A stretch of DNA of 37,473 nucleotides. It comes from a virus (lineage: Duplodnaviria > Caudoviricetes). Location of the stretch: positions 1 to 37,473 of IMG/VR virus record IMGVR_UViG_3300012231_000026, one strand, 5' to 3'. Under the pieces are notes generated by a model. That model did not search any database. It was not told the DNA's origin and was given only the letters and a program-made list of their open reading frames with translations. The position numbers and the translations under genes are program-made. Positions 7,319-15,774 of the stretch are shown here, piece by piece. Each line of letters starts with the position of its first letter. The first letter of the stretch is position 1.

Positions 7319-9499
7319 GTGGCAGGCCAAGAACAGCTTCCGCTGGTTACTGAGACTCGCGAGGTAGCGCGCATCGCGTCGACTCCGACGCTTGTCCGCC
7401 GCGCTGCTCGCCTGCCGATCGGCCCCTCCTCGCAGGGCTTCCTCTCGTTCTCGAATTTCCAGCCCGCCGAAGAGTCCTTCGCACTCTACGAGCGGCTCGG
7501 CTGGATCTACGCCGCCGTGCGCCGCGTGGCCCTCGACATCTCTGGGCTCCCGCGCAAGGTCTTCAGCGGGAAGGGCAAGCAAGAGCACCCGGTCGAGTCG
7601 GGGCCGGTGGTGGAGCTCCTCGACAACCCGAACCCGCTGATGACGTTCTCGGACATCGTCGAGATCCAGGTCAGCTATCTCGAAACCCTCGGCGCCGCCT
7701 ACCTGCTCTTTGACTCCCGGGTACCAGCCATCTGGCCGCTCCGCCCCGACCGCGTACAGCCGATCATTTCACCGAGCGCAGAGCTTGAGGGCTGGGAGTA
7801 CCGAGCCAACGAGAAGGTACTGAGACTCCCGCCCGAGGCGGTGATCCCGTCGACGTATTTGAACCTGCGCGAGCCGATCGGCGGCAGGATGTCGCCGCTT
7901 CAACCGGTCTCGATACCCGCCCAGGCCATGATCGCCTCGATGCTTTGGAATGTGCGGTTCTTCGAGCGCGGGGCCGCACCTTCAGGGTTCCTCACGACCG
8001 ACCAGGCGCTCACGGACGTCGAGTTCGAGCGCGTGATTGCGGACGTCGAGGAGAACTGGCAGGGCTCGCAGAACGCGCACGGCGTTCCGGTGATGGACAA
8101 GGGGATCACGTTCGAGCAGCTCGAAGCGAACCACAAGGACATGGGATTCGAGGGGCTGCTGCGGCTCTCGCGCGAGGAAGTACTCGGGGCGATGGGCGTA
8201 CCGCCAGCAATCGTCGGCGACTTCAAGCAGGCGAACTACGCGCAAGTCGAGATGCAGTACAAGGGCTATTGGCGGCTGAAGGTCATGCCGATTGCCCGGC
8301 GCCTCGAAGAGACGTACTCGCGATTCATGCTCCGGCAGTTTGCGCCCCAGGAGCGCCTGCGGTTCGCGTTCGTGTTCTCGGGCGTCGAGGCATTGCAGGA
8401 GGACCGAAACGCCAAGGCCGCGCGCGAAGAGATCATGGTGCGCACGGGACTGCGGAACCGTGCCGAGTTGCGCGAGGCGGATGGGCTCAAGCCCTACGAG
8501 GGCGCAGATGAATTCCTGCTCGCGCAAGGGCTCGTGCCGGCGCGGACCAAGGCCGAGATGGATGCTCGCGAGAAGGAGCGGGCGGAGGCCGCTCGGCCCC
8601 CCGGCGGTGGTGCTCCGCCCGCTCCGGCCGGGAACAAGTCGGCCGGCGAGGAGTTGGAGACTCGCGCGAGCGACGAGCGCAGGGCGGCGATCGTTCGCCG
8701 TTTCGATGCGAAGCTCCGCCGCGCCGAAGTTCGCATGGCCGACTACTGGCAAGAAGTGCTTTTCAGGCTCGAGCGAGAGGTAATTACTCGCGTGCGTCAG
8801 CGACCTCCAACCCAAACAAGTCGCGCCGCCGACGACGAAAAACCCCCGCTTGGGCCTATCCCTCTTCCGAATCCGATCGAGACGTATCTCCCTGAGTCCG
8901 CCGAGTACATCGCCGCGGTGCAGGCGGGACACGCGGCAATCTTCCGCCGGCTCATTGCCGAGTTCGGCGGAGAAGCGCTCGACGAGATTGGGAGCGAGTT
9001 CGCATTCGACGTCGGCACCCCGCGAGTGATCGAGACGATCATCCACGACGAGGAGCAGATCGGGCGCTCGACGGCGCGGTTGCTCGACGACGTGAAGGAG
9101 GAGCTTGAGGCGGGGCTGAACCAGGGCGAGAGCATTGCCGACATGGCGAAGCGGATTCGCCAGGCGGTAGCGGAGTCGGCCGAGACCCCGGCGCGGGGCG
9201 GACCTTACGTGCGCTCGGAGCGAATCGCGCGCACGGAGGCACACTCGGCTGCCGGCTTCGCGCGGATGGAGGGATACGCGCAAACGGGCGTCGAGGAGCA
9301 TCAATGGTCGTCTTCGCACGATGGTTTCGTGCGCGAGAGCCATGCCGGCATGGACGAGGATGGCGAGACGGTGCGCGTGGGCGAGCCTTTCTCGAATGGC
9401 TGCACGTACCCAGGTGATCCCGCGGGCGGGCCGAGCGAAAGCATAAATTGCCGGTGCTTGACGCTGCCCGTTGCGCAGGCGATGCGGGTGGCGGCGTGA
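7319..9499 (+). CDS. Portal protein (HK97-like) fused to Mu gpF/SPP1 gp7-like minor head domain
   Basis: LLDNPNPLM, IWPLRPDRV, FFERGAAPSG, GVPPAIVG portal motifs; C-terminal RIARTE, W-DGFVRESH, YPGDP..INCRC. Confidence 0.92.
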   Translation: MAGQEQLPLVTETREVARIASTPTLVRRAARLPIGPSSQGFLSFSNFQPAEESFALYERLGWIYAAVRRVALDISGLPRKVFSGKGKQEHPVESGPVVELLDNPNPLMTFSDIVEIQVSYLETLGAAYLLFDSRVPAIWPLRPDRVQPIISPSAELEGWEYRANEKVLRLPPEAVIPSTYLNLREPIGGRMSPLQPVSIPAQAMIASMLWNVRFFERGAAPSGFLTTDQALTDVEFERVIADVEENWQGSQNAHGVPVMDKGITFEQLEANHKDMGFEGLLRLSREEVLGAMGVPPAIVGDFKQANYAQVEMQYKGYWRLKVMPIARRLEETYSRFMLRQFAPQERLRFAFVFSGVEALQEDRNAKAAREEIMVRTGLRNRAELREADGLKPYEGADEFLLAQGLVPARTKAEMDAREKERAEAARPPGGGAPPAPAGNKSAGEELETRASDERRAAIVRRFDAKLRRAEVRMADYWQEVLFRLEREVITRVRQRPPTQTSRAADDEKPPLGPIPLPNPIETYLPESAEYIAAVQAGHAAIFRRLIAEFGGEALDEIGSEFAFDVGTPRVIETIIHDEEQIGRSTARLLDDVKEELEAGLNQGESIADMAKRIRQAVAESAETPARGGPYVRSERIARTEAHSAAGFARMEGYAQTGVEEHQWSSSHDGFVRESHAGMDEDGETVRVGEPFSNGCTYPGDPAGGPSESINCRCLTLPVAQAMRVAA

Positions 9500-10980
9500 C
9501 GCTCATCATCTCACCGCCCAAGGCGAACCTTGAGGGCTGGTGGAAGTGCGACGAGAGTTCGGGCACGCGCGATGACTCAGGGTTCAATCAGCTACACCTG
9601 AGCCCGCTGCCGAACGCCGTCGCGCAGTCGACCACCATCAAGCGCCTCGCGATCGGGTCCGCGGGGCTCTTTGCTACCGATGGCCTGGTGGGTGCCGATT
9701 CGGCCCTGACGCCTACCTTCCCCGGCAAGAACGGCGGTAGCACGGGCGCCTTCACCGCGGGCTGTTTCGTGCACCCAGCAGCAGCCGGCTCGGGTTCCGA
9801 CTACATCATCTGCAAAGACGGCAGCTTTCTCCTCTACTACGCAAATACCGGCAACAAGATATCGGCGCAAATCGGGGCTTCCGCTGCGATCGCGGCGAAC
9901 ACCACGCAGGCAACGGGGCAGTGGCATTGCGCCGCGATTCGCTGGGACGGCTTAGAGTTCTCGCTCTGGATCGCAGGCGTCAAGCAGACGGCAGTTACGG
10001 CCGTGACGTCGCTCGTCCACAACGCAAACCCGTTCGTGCTTGGCGCCCAGGACAGTAGCGGTACGAACTTCCTCAACGGCTACATCAACGACGCCTTTGT
10101 GTTCTCGCGCGCGCTCTCGGACTCCGAGATGCGGAAAATGTCGATGGTGGGACCGACCGCCTTCTTCACCCCGATCATGGGGCTCCTCGGTTCATGGCCG
10201 ATGGACGAGGCCGCGGGATCGACGCGCTACGACATTAGCCCGGGGCTCACGCATCTTGCAGAGAACGGCACCGTCCCACAGCAGACGGCGCTATTCAAAG
10301 AGGGCACTGCATCGGCCGGCAAGTTCTCGACGACCCCGAGTTGCCTTAAGTGCGCGGACGCTGATCTGCCGGCTGGATTCCCTTGGAAGAACTCGGGCGC
10401 TGCGATCGAGTGGACGATCGGAGCGTGGCTCTACCAGGACACGACTACGGCCACGTGCGTCTACAAGAAGGGCACGGCGATCGAGCTCCAATGGGGCAAC
10501 CCGGCGCCTGGGCTGTATGGGCTTCTGTTCAACAACACGCTGATTCTCGTGTCGCCGAGCGTCGCAATCCAGACGTGGAAGCACATCGTGGTGCGATGGC
10601 GGGGCGAGGATGACGACCAGGCCGAGTACATCATCGACGGCGTGAAGCAGGCTGGCGGTTCGGGGCAGGCGGCGAACGCTGGCAACGCAACAGACTTCCT
10701 TGTCGGCGCGCAAACAACCCTCCCGACGCTCCCGATGCAGGGATACATGGACGAGGCGTTTGTTTTCAATCGCGCGCTCGCAGATGAGGAGATCCTCGAG
10801 ATTTACGCGGGCGGGCTCAGCAGCTTCGTTTTGCCTTCGTTCGGGAGCGGGCTCGTGCAAGGCGCTCCGGCGAAGGGCCGAAAGATTCCCAGGCCCAACC
10901 TGAAATACCCCGCGCGCGGGCAGCGCACGGGTGGCGTCAGCGGTGGCGGGCGCAGAAAGGGATCAGGGGCGAGATGGTGA
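9496..10980 (+). CDS. Tandem LamG/concanavalin-A-like domain virion protein
   Basis: Two repeats: GWWKCDE...QWHCAAIRWDG...GYINDAFVFSRALSDSE and GSWPMDE...TWKHIVVRW...GYMDEAFVFNRALADEE; GTGA overlap with portal stop. Confidence 0.85.
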   Translation: MTLIISPPKANLEGWWKCDESSGTRDDSGFNQLHLSPLPNAVAQSTTIKRLAIGSAGLFATDGLVGADSALTPTFPGKNGGSTGAFTAGCFVHPAAAGSGSDYIICKDGSFLLYYANTGNKISAQIGASAAIAANTTQATGQWHCAAIRWDGLEFSLWIAGVKQTAVTAVTSLVHNANPFVLGAQDSSGTNFLNGYINDAFVFSRALSDSEMRKMSMVGPTAFFTPIMGLLGSWPMDEAAGSTRYDISPGLTHLAENGTVPQQTALFKEGTASAGKFSTTPSCLKCADADLPAGFPWKNSGAAIEWTIGAWLYQDTTTATCVYKKGTAIELQWGNPAPGLYGLLFNNTLILVSPSVAIQTWKHIVVRWRGEDDDQAEYIIDGVKQAGGSGQAANAGNATDFLVGAQTTLPTLPMQGYMDEAFVFNRALADEEILEIYAGGLSSFVLPSFGSGLVQGAPAKGRKIPRPNLKYPARGQRTGGVSGGGRRKGSGARW

Positions 10981-11792
10981 CTAGCATTTACCGCGACTGG
11001 CAGGCCGGCATGCGCACGCCGCGCGGGCGCCTGGCCTATCTCGGCGAGAACGTGTTCCGCGCGTGCAACTCGGAGATCACCGAGCGTGCACCCGAGGACA
11101 AGGATGACGCGCGCCTCGTCGTGTCGGGCTACTTCTCCACGTCCGATCCCGACATCGACAACTTCGTCATCAAGTCGAAGGGCTGGGAGGCGGGTCTGCC
11201 CGTCTACCTCGAACGCAATCCGATGTTCCTTTGGATGCATGACCCCATGTTCCCGATCGGGCGCGCCTTGTCGGCGGAGCCGCGGAAGCGTGGGCTGTTT
11301 GGCGCTACCGAGTTCGACCCCGACGACGAGCTTGCAACGAAGCTCTACCGGAAGACCAAGGCCAAGTTCCTTGGCACCTACTCGGTGGGATTCCGCGCGA
11401 CCAAGGAGCCGCGATTCGAGGAAGACACGATCTTCTTCGACGAGATGCAGCTCATGGAGGTGTCGCTCGTCTCGATCCCCGCGAACATCAACGCGGTCGT
11501 TACCGAGCGCGCGGCGTCCTTCGACGAGGAAGCGATCGTGCAGCGCATGGTAACGGCCGCCGGGGACAAGTGGACGCTCGCCGCCGACAACGCGGTCGCC
11601 GAGGTCATGCGGCGCGCAAGCATCGAGATCCAGAGCGCCGTGGGAGACATCCGCAAGGGCCTGGTGCTCGACGCCGCGAAGGCGTTCGAGGCGCGGGTAG
11701 GAACGGTAGCGGATCTCGTCAACAAGGCGTGCACCAAGCGCGAGGTGCTCCAAGCCCTCGACAACTTCAAGCCATTCGAGAAGCAGGGATAA
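10974..11792 (+). CDS. HK97-family prohead maturation protease
   Basis: VSGYFST, FLWMHD..PIGR, YSVGF, LMEVSLVSIPAN. Confidence 0.92.
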   Translation: MVTSIYRDWQAGMRTPRGRLAYLGENVFRACNSEITERAPEDKDDARLVVSGYFSTSDPDIDNFVIKSKGWEAGLPVYLERNPMFLWMHDPMFPIGRALSAEPRKRGLFGATEFDPDDELATKLYRKTKAKFLGTYSVGFRATKEPRFEEDTIFFDEMQLMEVSLVSIPANINAVVTERAASFDEEAIVQRMVTAAGDKWTLAADNAVAEVMRRASIEIQSAVGDIRKGLVLDAAKAFEARVGTVADLVNKACTKREVLQALDNFKPFEKQG

Positions 11793-12455
11793 GTGCGCAA
11801 GCTACTCGCCTCGGACTATGCGCGCGGGATGGAAGCGCTTCGCAATCGCGAGCACGGCGAGCATGCGCTCGTGATTGGGAACTCGCCTTGGCGCAAGCAC
11901 TTTCCAGTGAGTGCGTGGTTTGGGCCGACGATCGCCTGTAACGCCTACTACCGGGACGCCGACCGCTTCCCGTCGTACATCGTTGCCTTCGATTCGAACA
12001 TGATCCGCGAGCTGGTCGAGGCGCACGCCTACCGTGACGCTGCGTGCGTATTCCGCGCGAACGAGTGCCGCCCGAAGGTGCTCGAAAGCGTGCCGGCCGA
12101 GGAGCGCGGACAGTGGTTCCACCTGGACGATCCGAGCTTCGACCCGGAGCGCCGCGGGGCGTTCGGCGCGCAGGCGGGGACGCTCGCCGTGGTGCTCGCC
12201 GGCTGGCTCGGATGCGCGTCACTCACCTTGGTCGGTTTCTCGCTCTCGCTCGCGAATATCTACGCGGGCAGCAAAGAGTACGGAAACGCGACACCTACGG
12301 AGGACAACCCCGGATCTCGGGGCCAGGACTTCTCGCGTATGCGGAAGGCTTTGGAAGAGTTCCGCCGCCTTTCGCCGGGCGCTTCGATTCACTGGATAGC
12401 ACCAGGGGAATGGATGCTGGCGAAGCTCGACCAAGGAGCGGTGGCAGTCCGATGA
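11793..12455 (+). CDS. MAF_flag10/DUF115-like (GT29/GT42-related fold) putative glycosyltransferase
   Basis: ALVIGNSPW, TIACNAYY, PSYIVAFD, AGTLAVVLAGWLGCASLTLVGF pattern. Confidence 0.6.
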   Translation: MRKLLASDYARGMEALRNREHGEHALVIGNSPWRKHFPVSAWFGPTIACNAYYRDADRFPSYIVAFDSNMIRELVEAHAYRDAACVFRANECRPKVLESVPAEERGQWFHLDDPSFDPERRGAFGAQAGTLAVVLAGWLGCASLTLVGFSLSLANIYAGSKEYGNATPTEDNPGSRGQDFSRMRKALEEFRRLSPGASIHWIAPGEWMLAKLDQGAVAVR

Positions 12456-12472
12456 AGTCAAGGGGACACAAG

Positions 12473-12483
12473 CTGGCAACCGG
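12473..12483 (+). promoter_or_regulatory. Conserved pre-gene element (CTGGCAACCGG)
   Basis: 25 nt before major capsid GTG. Confidence 0.7.
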
Positions 12484-12497
12484 AGACAGGCCAATGC

Positions 12498-14021
12498 GTG
12501 GAAACCCCGATCGAGGAGCGCCTGGTAAAGATCCAGCGCGACATTTCGGAACAATGGGACGCGGAGAAGAAGAAGATCGGCGCCGATCTCACTGAGCGAT
12601 ATACACGAGCGGAAGTCGACGAGCGACTCGGCCAACTGAAGACGAACCTCGATGAGGATCTGAAGCGGAAGGTTGAGGAACTCGTCAAGGCGTCGCACGA
12701 GGACCCGCGTTACCGCGTGGACCTGGTGCCGCGTCGTGAGTTCTCATTCTACCGCTCGATGGCGAAGACCTCCACGACTCAAGAGGATTCGTGGGCGATC
12801 TATCGTGACTTCCTGACGTCGCATTCGGATCAGAAGGACGTCGAGCGCTTCCAGTACCTTTCCTCGCGCCTTGCGATTATCAGCTTGGGCGCGCGGCTCG
12901 CCGGCAAAACCAACTACGTCGCTGCTGCGTCGAAGAATATCCAAGTCCGGAAGTGGTGGCACGAATACCGCCAACTCCAAATGGATTTCTTCCCGGACGA
13001 GTTCTATCAGCGTGCTTTCGACACGCAGGCAACGGCGGAAGCGCTCTGGGTGCCCGACGTGCTCGGCGCCGACCTCATGCGCTACCTGGAGATCCGCGGC
13101 GCGGTGCTCCCGAACATCCGCAGCTTCCAGCTTCCTGCCGCGCTCTGGCGCTGCCCGATCACCCTGGCTGCTGGCAAGGCGCATGGGTTCCGCGAAGTCG
13201 TGGTGGCTCCGACGACCTACCCCGATCCTACCGGGGCGCAGATGTACGACGATTCGAGCGCGCCGTTCGGCCGTGTCACGTTCGACGTGGCCCGCTTCCG
13301 GTCGGTGATCATCTCGACTCGCGAGTTCATCGAGGAATCAATCATCCCGATGATCGAGTGGACCATCGGGGAAGCAATGGACGGGATCCGGCGCGCCGCA
13401 GAAGACACGTTCTTCAACGGCGACAAGACCTCGCCCGGCATCGACTCCGAAACCTCCTACGCGGCGGCATCGGCAACCGGCCGGGTCGATAACAAGATCC
13501 TGTGGAACGGTGTGCGGAGGAATGCTTCGGCTTCGGGCATCACGCTGGTGACGGGCGGTGGGTCAACCGGGTTCGATGATCTGGTGCTCGCGAAGCAGCG
13601 GTGCGGTCGGTACGCAATCGAGCCGAGCGATTGGCTCTGGTGCTGCTCGCCGGCTTCGTACCTTGATCTGCTTGACGTAGGGGAGTTCGCGACCGTCGAG
13701 AAGATCGGCGAACGGGCGACCGTTGTCACCGGGCAGGTGGGCGCGATCCTCGGCTCGCCGGTGGTCGTATCCGAGTACGTGCCCTCGAACGTCTCGGCGT
13801 CTGGCTACCAGACGACCTCGACCAACAACACAACCGTGCTTATCGGATTCCACCGGCCGAGCTACTGGCTCGGGAACTGGCGCGGGATCACGACTGAGAC
13901 GGATCGCCAGGCGATCGTCAATCAGGACTACGTCTACGCCTGGTACTCGGCGGACCTGCAAAAGATGCGGGCCGAGAGCGAGAAGACCGAGAGCGTGATC
14001 ATCAACATCGCAGTGGCCTAG
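12498..14021 (+). CDS. Major capsid protein (HK97 fold) with N-terminal coiled-coil scaffold domain
   Basis: Follows protease; LWVPDVLG, ISTREFIEES, AAEDTFFNGD, GAILGSPVVVSEYVP. Confidence 0.9.
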   Translation: METPIEERLVKIQRDISEQWDAEKKKIGADLTERYTRAEVDERLGQLKTNLDEDLKRKVEELVKASHEDPRYRVDLVPRREFSFYRSMAKTSTTQEDSWAIYRDFLTSHSDQKDVERFQYLSSRLAIISLGARLAGKTNYVAAASKNIQVRKWWHEYRQLQMDFFPDEFYQRAFDTQATAEALWVPDVLGADLMRYLEIRGAVLPNIRSFQLPAALWRCPITLAAGKAHGFREVVVAPTTYPDPTGAQMYDDSSAPFGRVTFDVARFRSVIISTREFIEESIIPMIEWTIGEAMDGIRRAAEDTFFNGDKTSPGIDSETSYAAASATGRVDNKILWNGVRRNASASGITLVTGGGSTGFDDLVLAKQRCGRYAIEPSDWLWCCSPASYLDLLDVGEFATVEKIGERATVVTGQVGAILGSPVVVSEYVPSNVSASGYQTTSTNNTTVLIGFHRPSYWLGNWRGITTETDRQAIVNQDYVYAWYSADLQKMRAESEKTESVIINIAVA

Positions 14022-14023
14022 TT

Positions 14024-14178
14024 AGCGGCGGAAAGCGAGGCGCATGAATGCATGGTCGTTGGAGCAGGAGCGAAGGGGGGTTCTTTTCCGGTATGCCACA
14101 CCCCCGGGATGGCGGTCTATGACCGTTCCCTTCGCATCTGTAACGGCGACCATGCTTCATGCGCCTCCTTCCATTGCT
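14024..14178 (+). ncRNA. Long rod-like imperfect hairpin (putative structured RNA or processing site)
   Basis: GAGGCGCATGAA/TTCATGCGCCTC, GCATGGTCG/CGACCATGC and GCGAAGGG/CCCTTCGC nested complementary blocks. Confidence 0.6.
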
Positions 14179-14200
14179 TGAAGAAAGGACAGGTTCAGCA

Positions 14201-14509
14201 ATGCCGCATCTGACAGTGAAGAAGAAGGTGCCCGGACTCATGCTCAATCCCGGCGAGGTCATCGTCGTCGGGCCGGGGGCTGCCGCGCAACTTCTCAGGA
14301 AGTTCAAGCGCTACCTCGTGGAGTCGGTGCCGGGCGACGATGAGCTGGTCCCCGATTGGGGTCCGCAAATCACGAACGAGGAACGCGCGGCGATCAAGAT
14401 GAAGACCTGGCCGCTGCCGCCCGAGGAGCGCCGCAAGTTCAAGAAGCCGGAGCCCGGCAAGGGGCCGACCGTCGAGAACCGCTCTGCGAGGCCGGATCAC
14501 CACCGATAA
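14201..14509 (+). CDS. Hypothetical head-associated protein
   Basis: AAGGA RBS; lies between capsid and adaptor genes. Confidence 0.65.
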   Translation: MPHLTVKKKVPGLMLNPGEVIVVGPGAAAQLLRKFKRYLVESVPGDDELVPDWGPQITNEERAAIKMKTWPLPPEERRKFKKPEPGKGPTVENRSARPDHHR

Positions 14510-14512
14510 ACC

Positions 14513-15175
14513 ATGGGCTCGATCATTACGCGCGACGAACTCAAGGCCAAGCTCGTGCTCGACGCTTCCGACAACTCTCGGGACGCCGAACTCGATCTTG
14601 CCATCTCGCAGACCGAGGGCGAGTTCGAGGCGGGTATCGGTCAAAAGCTGCTCGAAGCCGATTACACCGAGCGCCGAGTGGGGAATGGGAAAACCTATCT
14701 CCAACTCCGGTTCTATCCGGTCATCGACCTGATCTCGGTCGTGATCGAGAGTGATGCGGCAGTCGACGTAGGCGACCCAGCCGTGATTAGGGTCGCGGAT
14801 GGAACCGATGGCCTGCCCTGGCTCGCGCTGACCGGCGGCCGCGTCTTCCCGTATCCGCGGTGGCAGCGCGTGCCAAACGTGACGATCGAGTACGGCGCGG
14901 GCTACGCAAACCAGCAGGAGGTCAAGGATGCGCTGCCCGACGTGTGGAGCGGGGTCCTTGAGCACGCCTACATCCTGCTGCTAGGGAACGACACGCGGAA
15001 GAAGGCCAAGGTGTCGGAGTCGTTCATGGGGCAGGGGTACACGACGTTCATGGATCCGATCGACAAGACCCACGAGCGCGACTGGCGGCGCCTGATCGAG
15101 AAGCATCGCCGCCGGCCGATCACGCGGATGGCCGCGCGGGCGCTGACCGTAACCTCGCGCTATGGGGTCTGGTGA
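14513..15175 (+). CDS. Head-tail adaptor/connector (gp6/gp15-like)
   Basis: IITRDELKAKL..D..L, LQLRFYPV..ISV, NVTIEYGAGY, LPD motifs; synteny. Confidence 0.8.
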   Translation: MGSIITRDELKAKLVLDASDNSRDAELDLAISQTEGEFEAGIGQKLLEADYTERRVGNGKTYLQLRFYPVIDLISVVIESDAAVDVGDPAVIRVADGTDGLPWLALTGGRVFPYPRWQRVPNVTIEYGAGYANQQEVKDALPDVWSGVLEHAYILLLGNDTRKKAKVSESFMGQGYTTFMDPIDKTHERDWRRLIEKHRRRPITRMAARALTVTSRYGVW

Positions 15176-15774
15176 TGTCGATCACGATCCGCCAAAAGCC
15201 CGACTTCGCGAAGCGCGCAGAGATGCTCCGCCGGCTGAAGCTCGAGACGGTGCGCGAGTCGGTGAACGACATCGAGCGCGAGATCCTCACGCGCTATGCG
15301 TCGGGTACGGGGCCGGCAACACTAGGCGTGCGCTCTGGGCGGTTGCGCTCGTCCGTTCGCCGGGAGATCAAGGCGGTCGGACCGTGGCTCTCGGGGCGCG
15401 TGTTCATTCCCGGTAGTGGGCGCACCAATCCGGTCTATGCCGGCGTGCATGAGTTTGGCGCCACGATCCGCCCCACGCGCGGGCGCTATCTCGCGATCCC
15501 GCTCGGCGCCGCGCGGAGCGGTGCAGCGGGTGGAGTCAGTAAAGGACCGCGCGACTTCGCGGGCGGGTTCTTCTTCCGCTCGCGCGCGGGGAACCTCCTC
15601 TTCGGGGTGCGTGCTGGTGGCCGCGTCGGCCGCCTGACCCCGCTCTTTGTGCTGAAGGAGTCGGTGAGGATTCCGGCTCGTCCGGTCTGGGGTGTTACGC
15701 GCGCGAATCAACTGCCGCGGTTCAGGGAACGCGTGCGAGCCATGACTCACGCCGTAGCGCAGGGGAGAGCATAG
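15172..15774 (+). CDS. Neck/tail-completion protein (HK97 gp10/Mu gpG-like)
   Basis: RSGRLRSS, YAGVHEFGATIRP, IPARP motifs; basic. Confidence 0.75.
   Translation: MMSITIRQKPDFAKRAEMLRRLKLETVRESVNDIEREILTRYASGTGPATLGVRSGRLRSSVRREIKAVGPWLSGRVFIPGSGRTNPVYAGVHEFGATIRPTRGRYLAIPLGAARSGAAGGVSKGPRDFAGGFFFRSRAGNLLFGVRAGGRVGRLTPLFVLKESVRIPARPVWGVTRANQLPRFRERVRAMTHAVAQGRA

Noticed and set aside
7982-9343. 453-aa minus-strand ORF opposite portal, and similar shadow ORFs elsewhere
   Set aside because: Antisense to well-supported genes in high-GC DNA, with no motifs
12473-12500. Sigma54 promoter reading of the TGGCA motif
   Set aside because: No copy has the -12 TTGC/GC at the required spacing
13471-13480. 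CGGCAACCGG partial motif match inside the capsid gene
   Set aside because: Lacks the T, is coding, and has no GTG at the fixed distance
14019-14213. Stop-codon readthrough extension of the capsid protein
   Set aside because: Frame stays open but encodes no recognisable domain; the region is better explained by the hairpin
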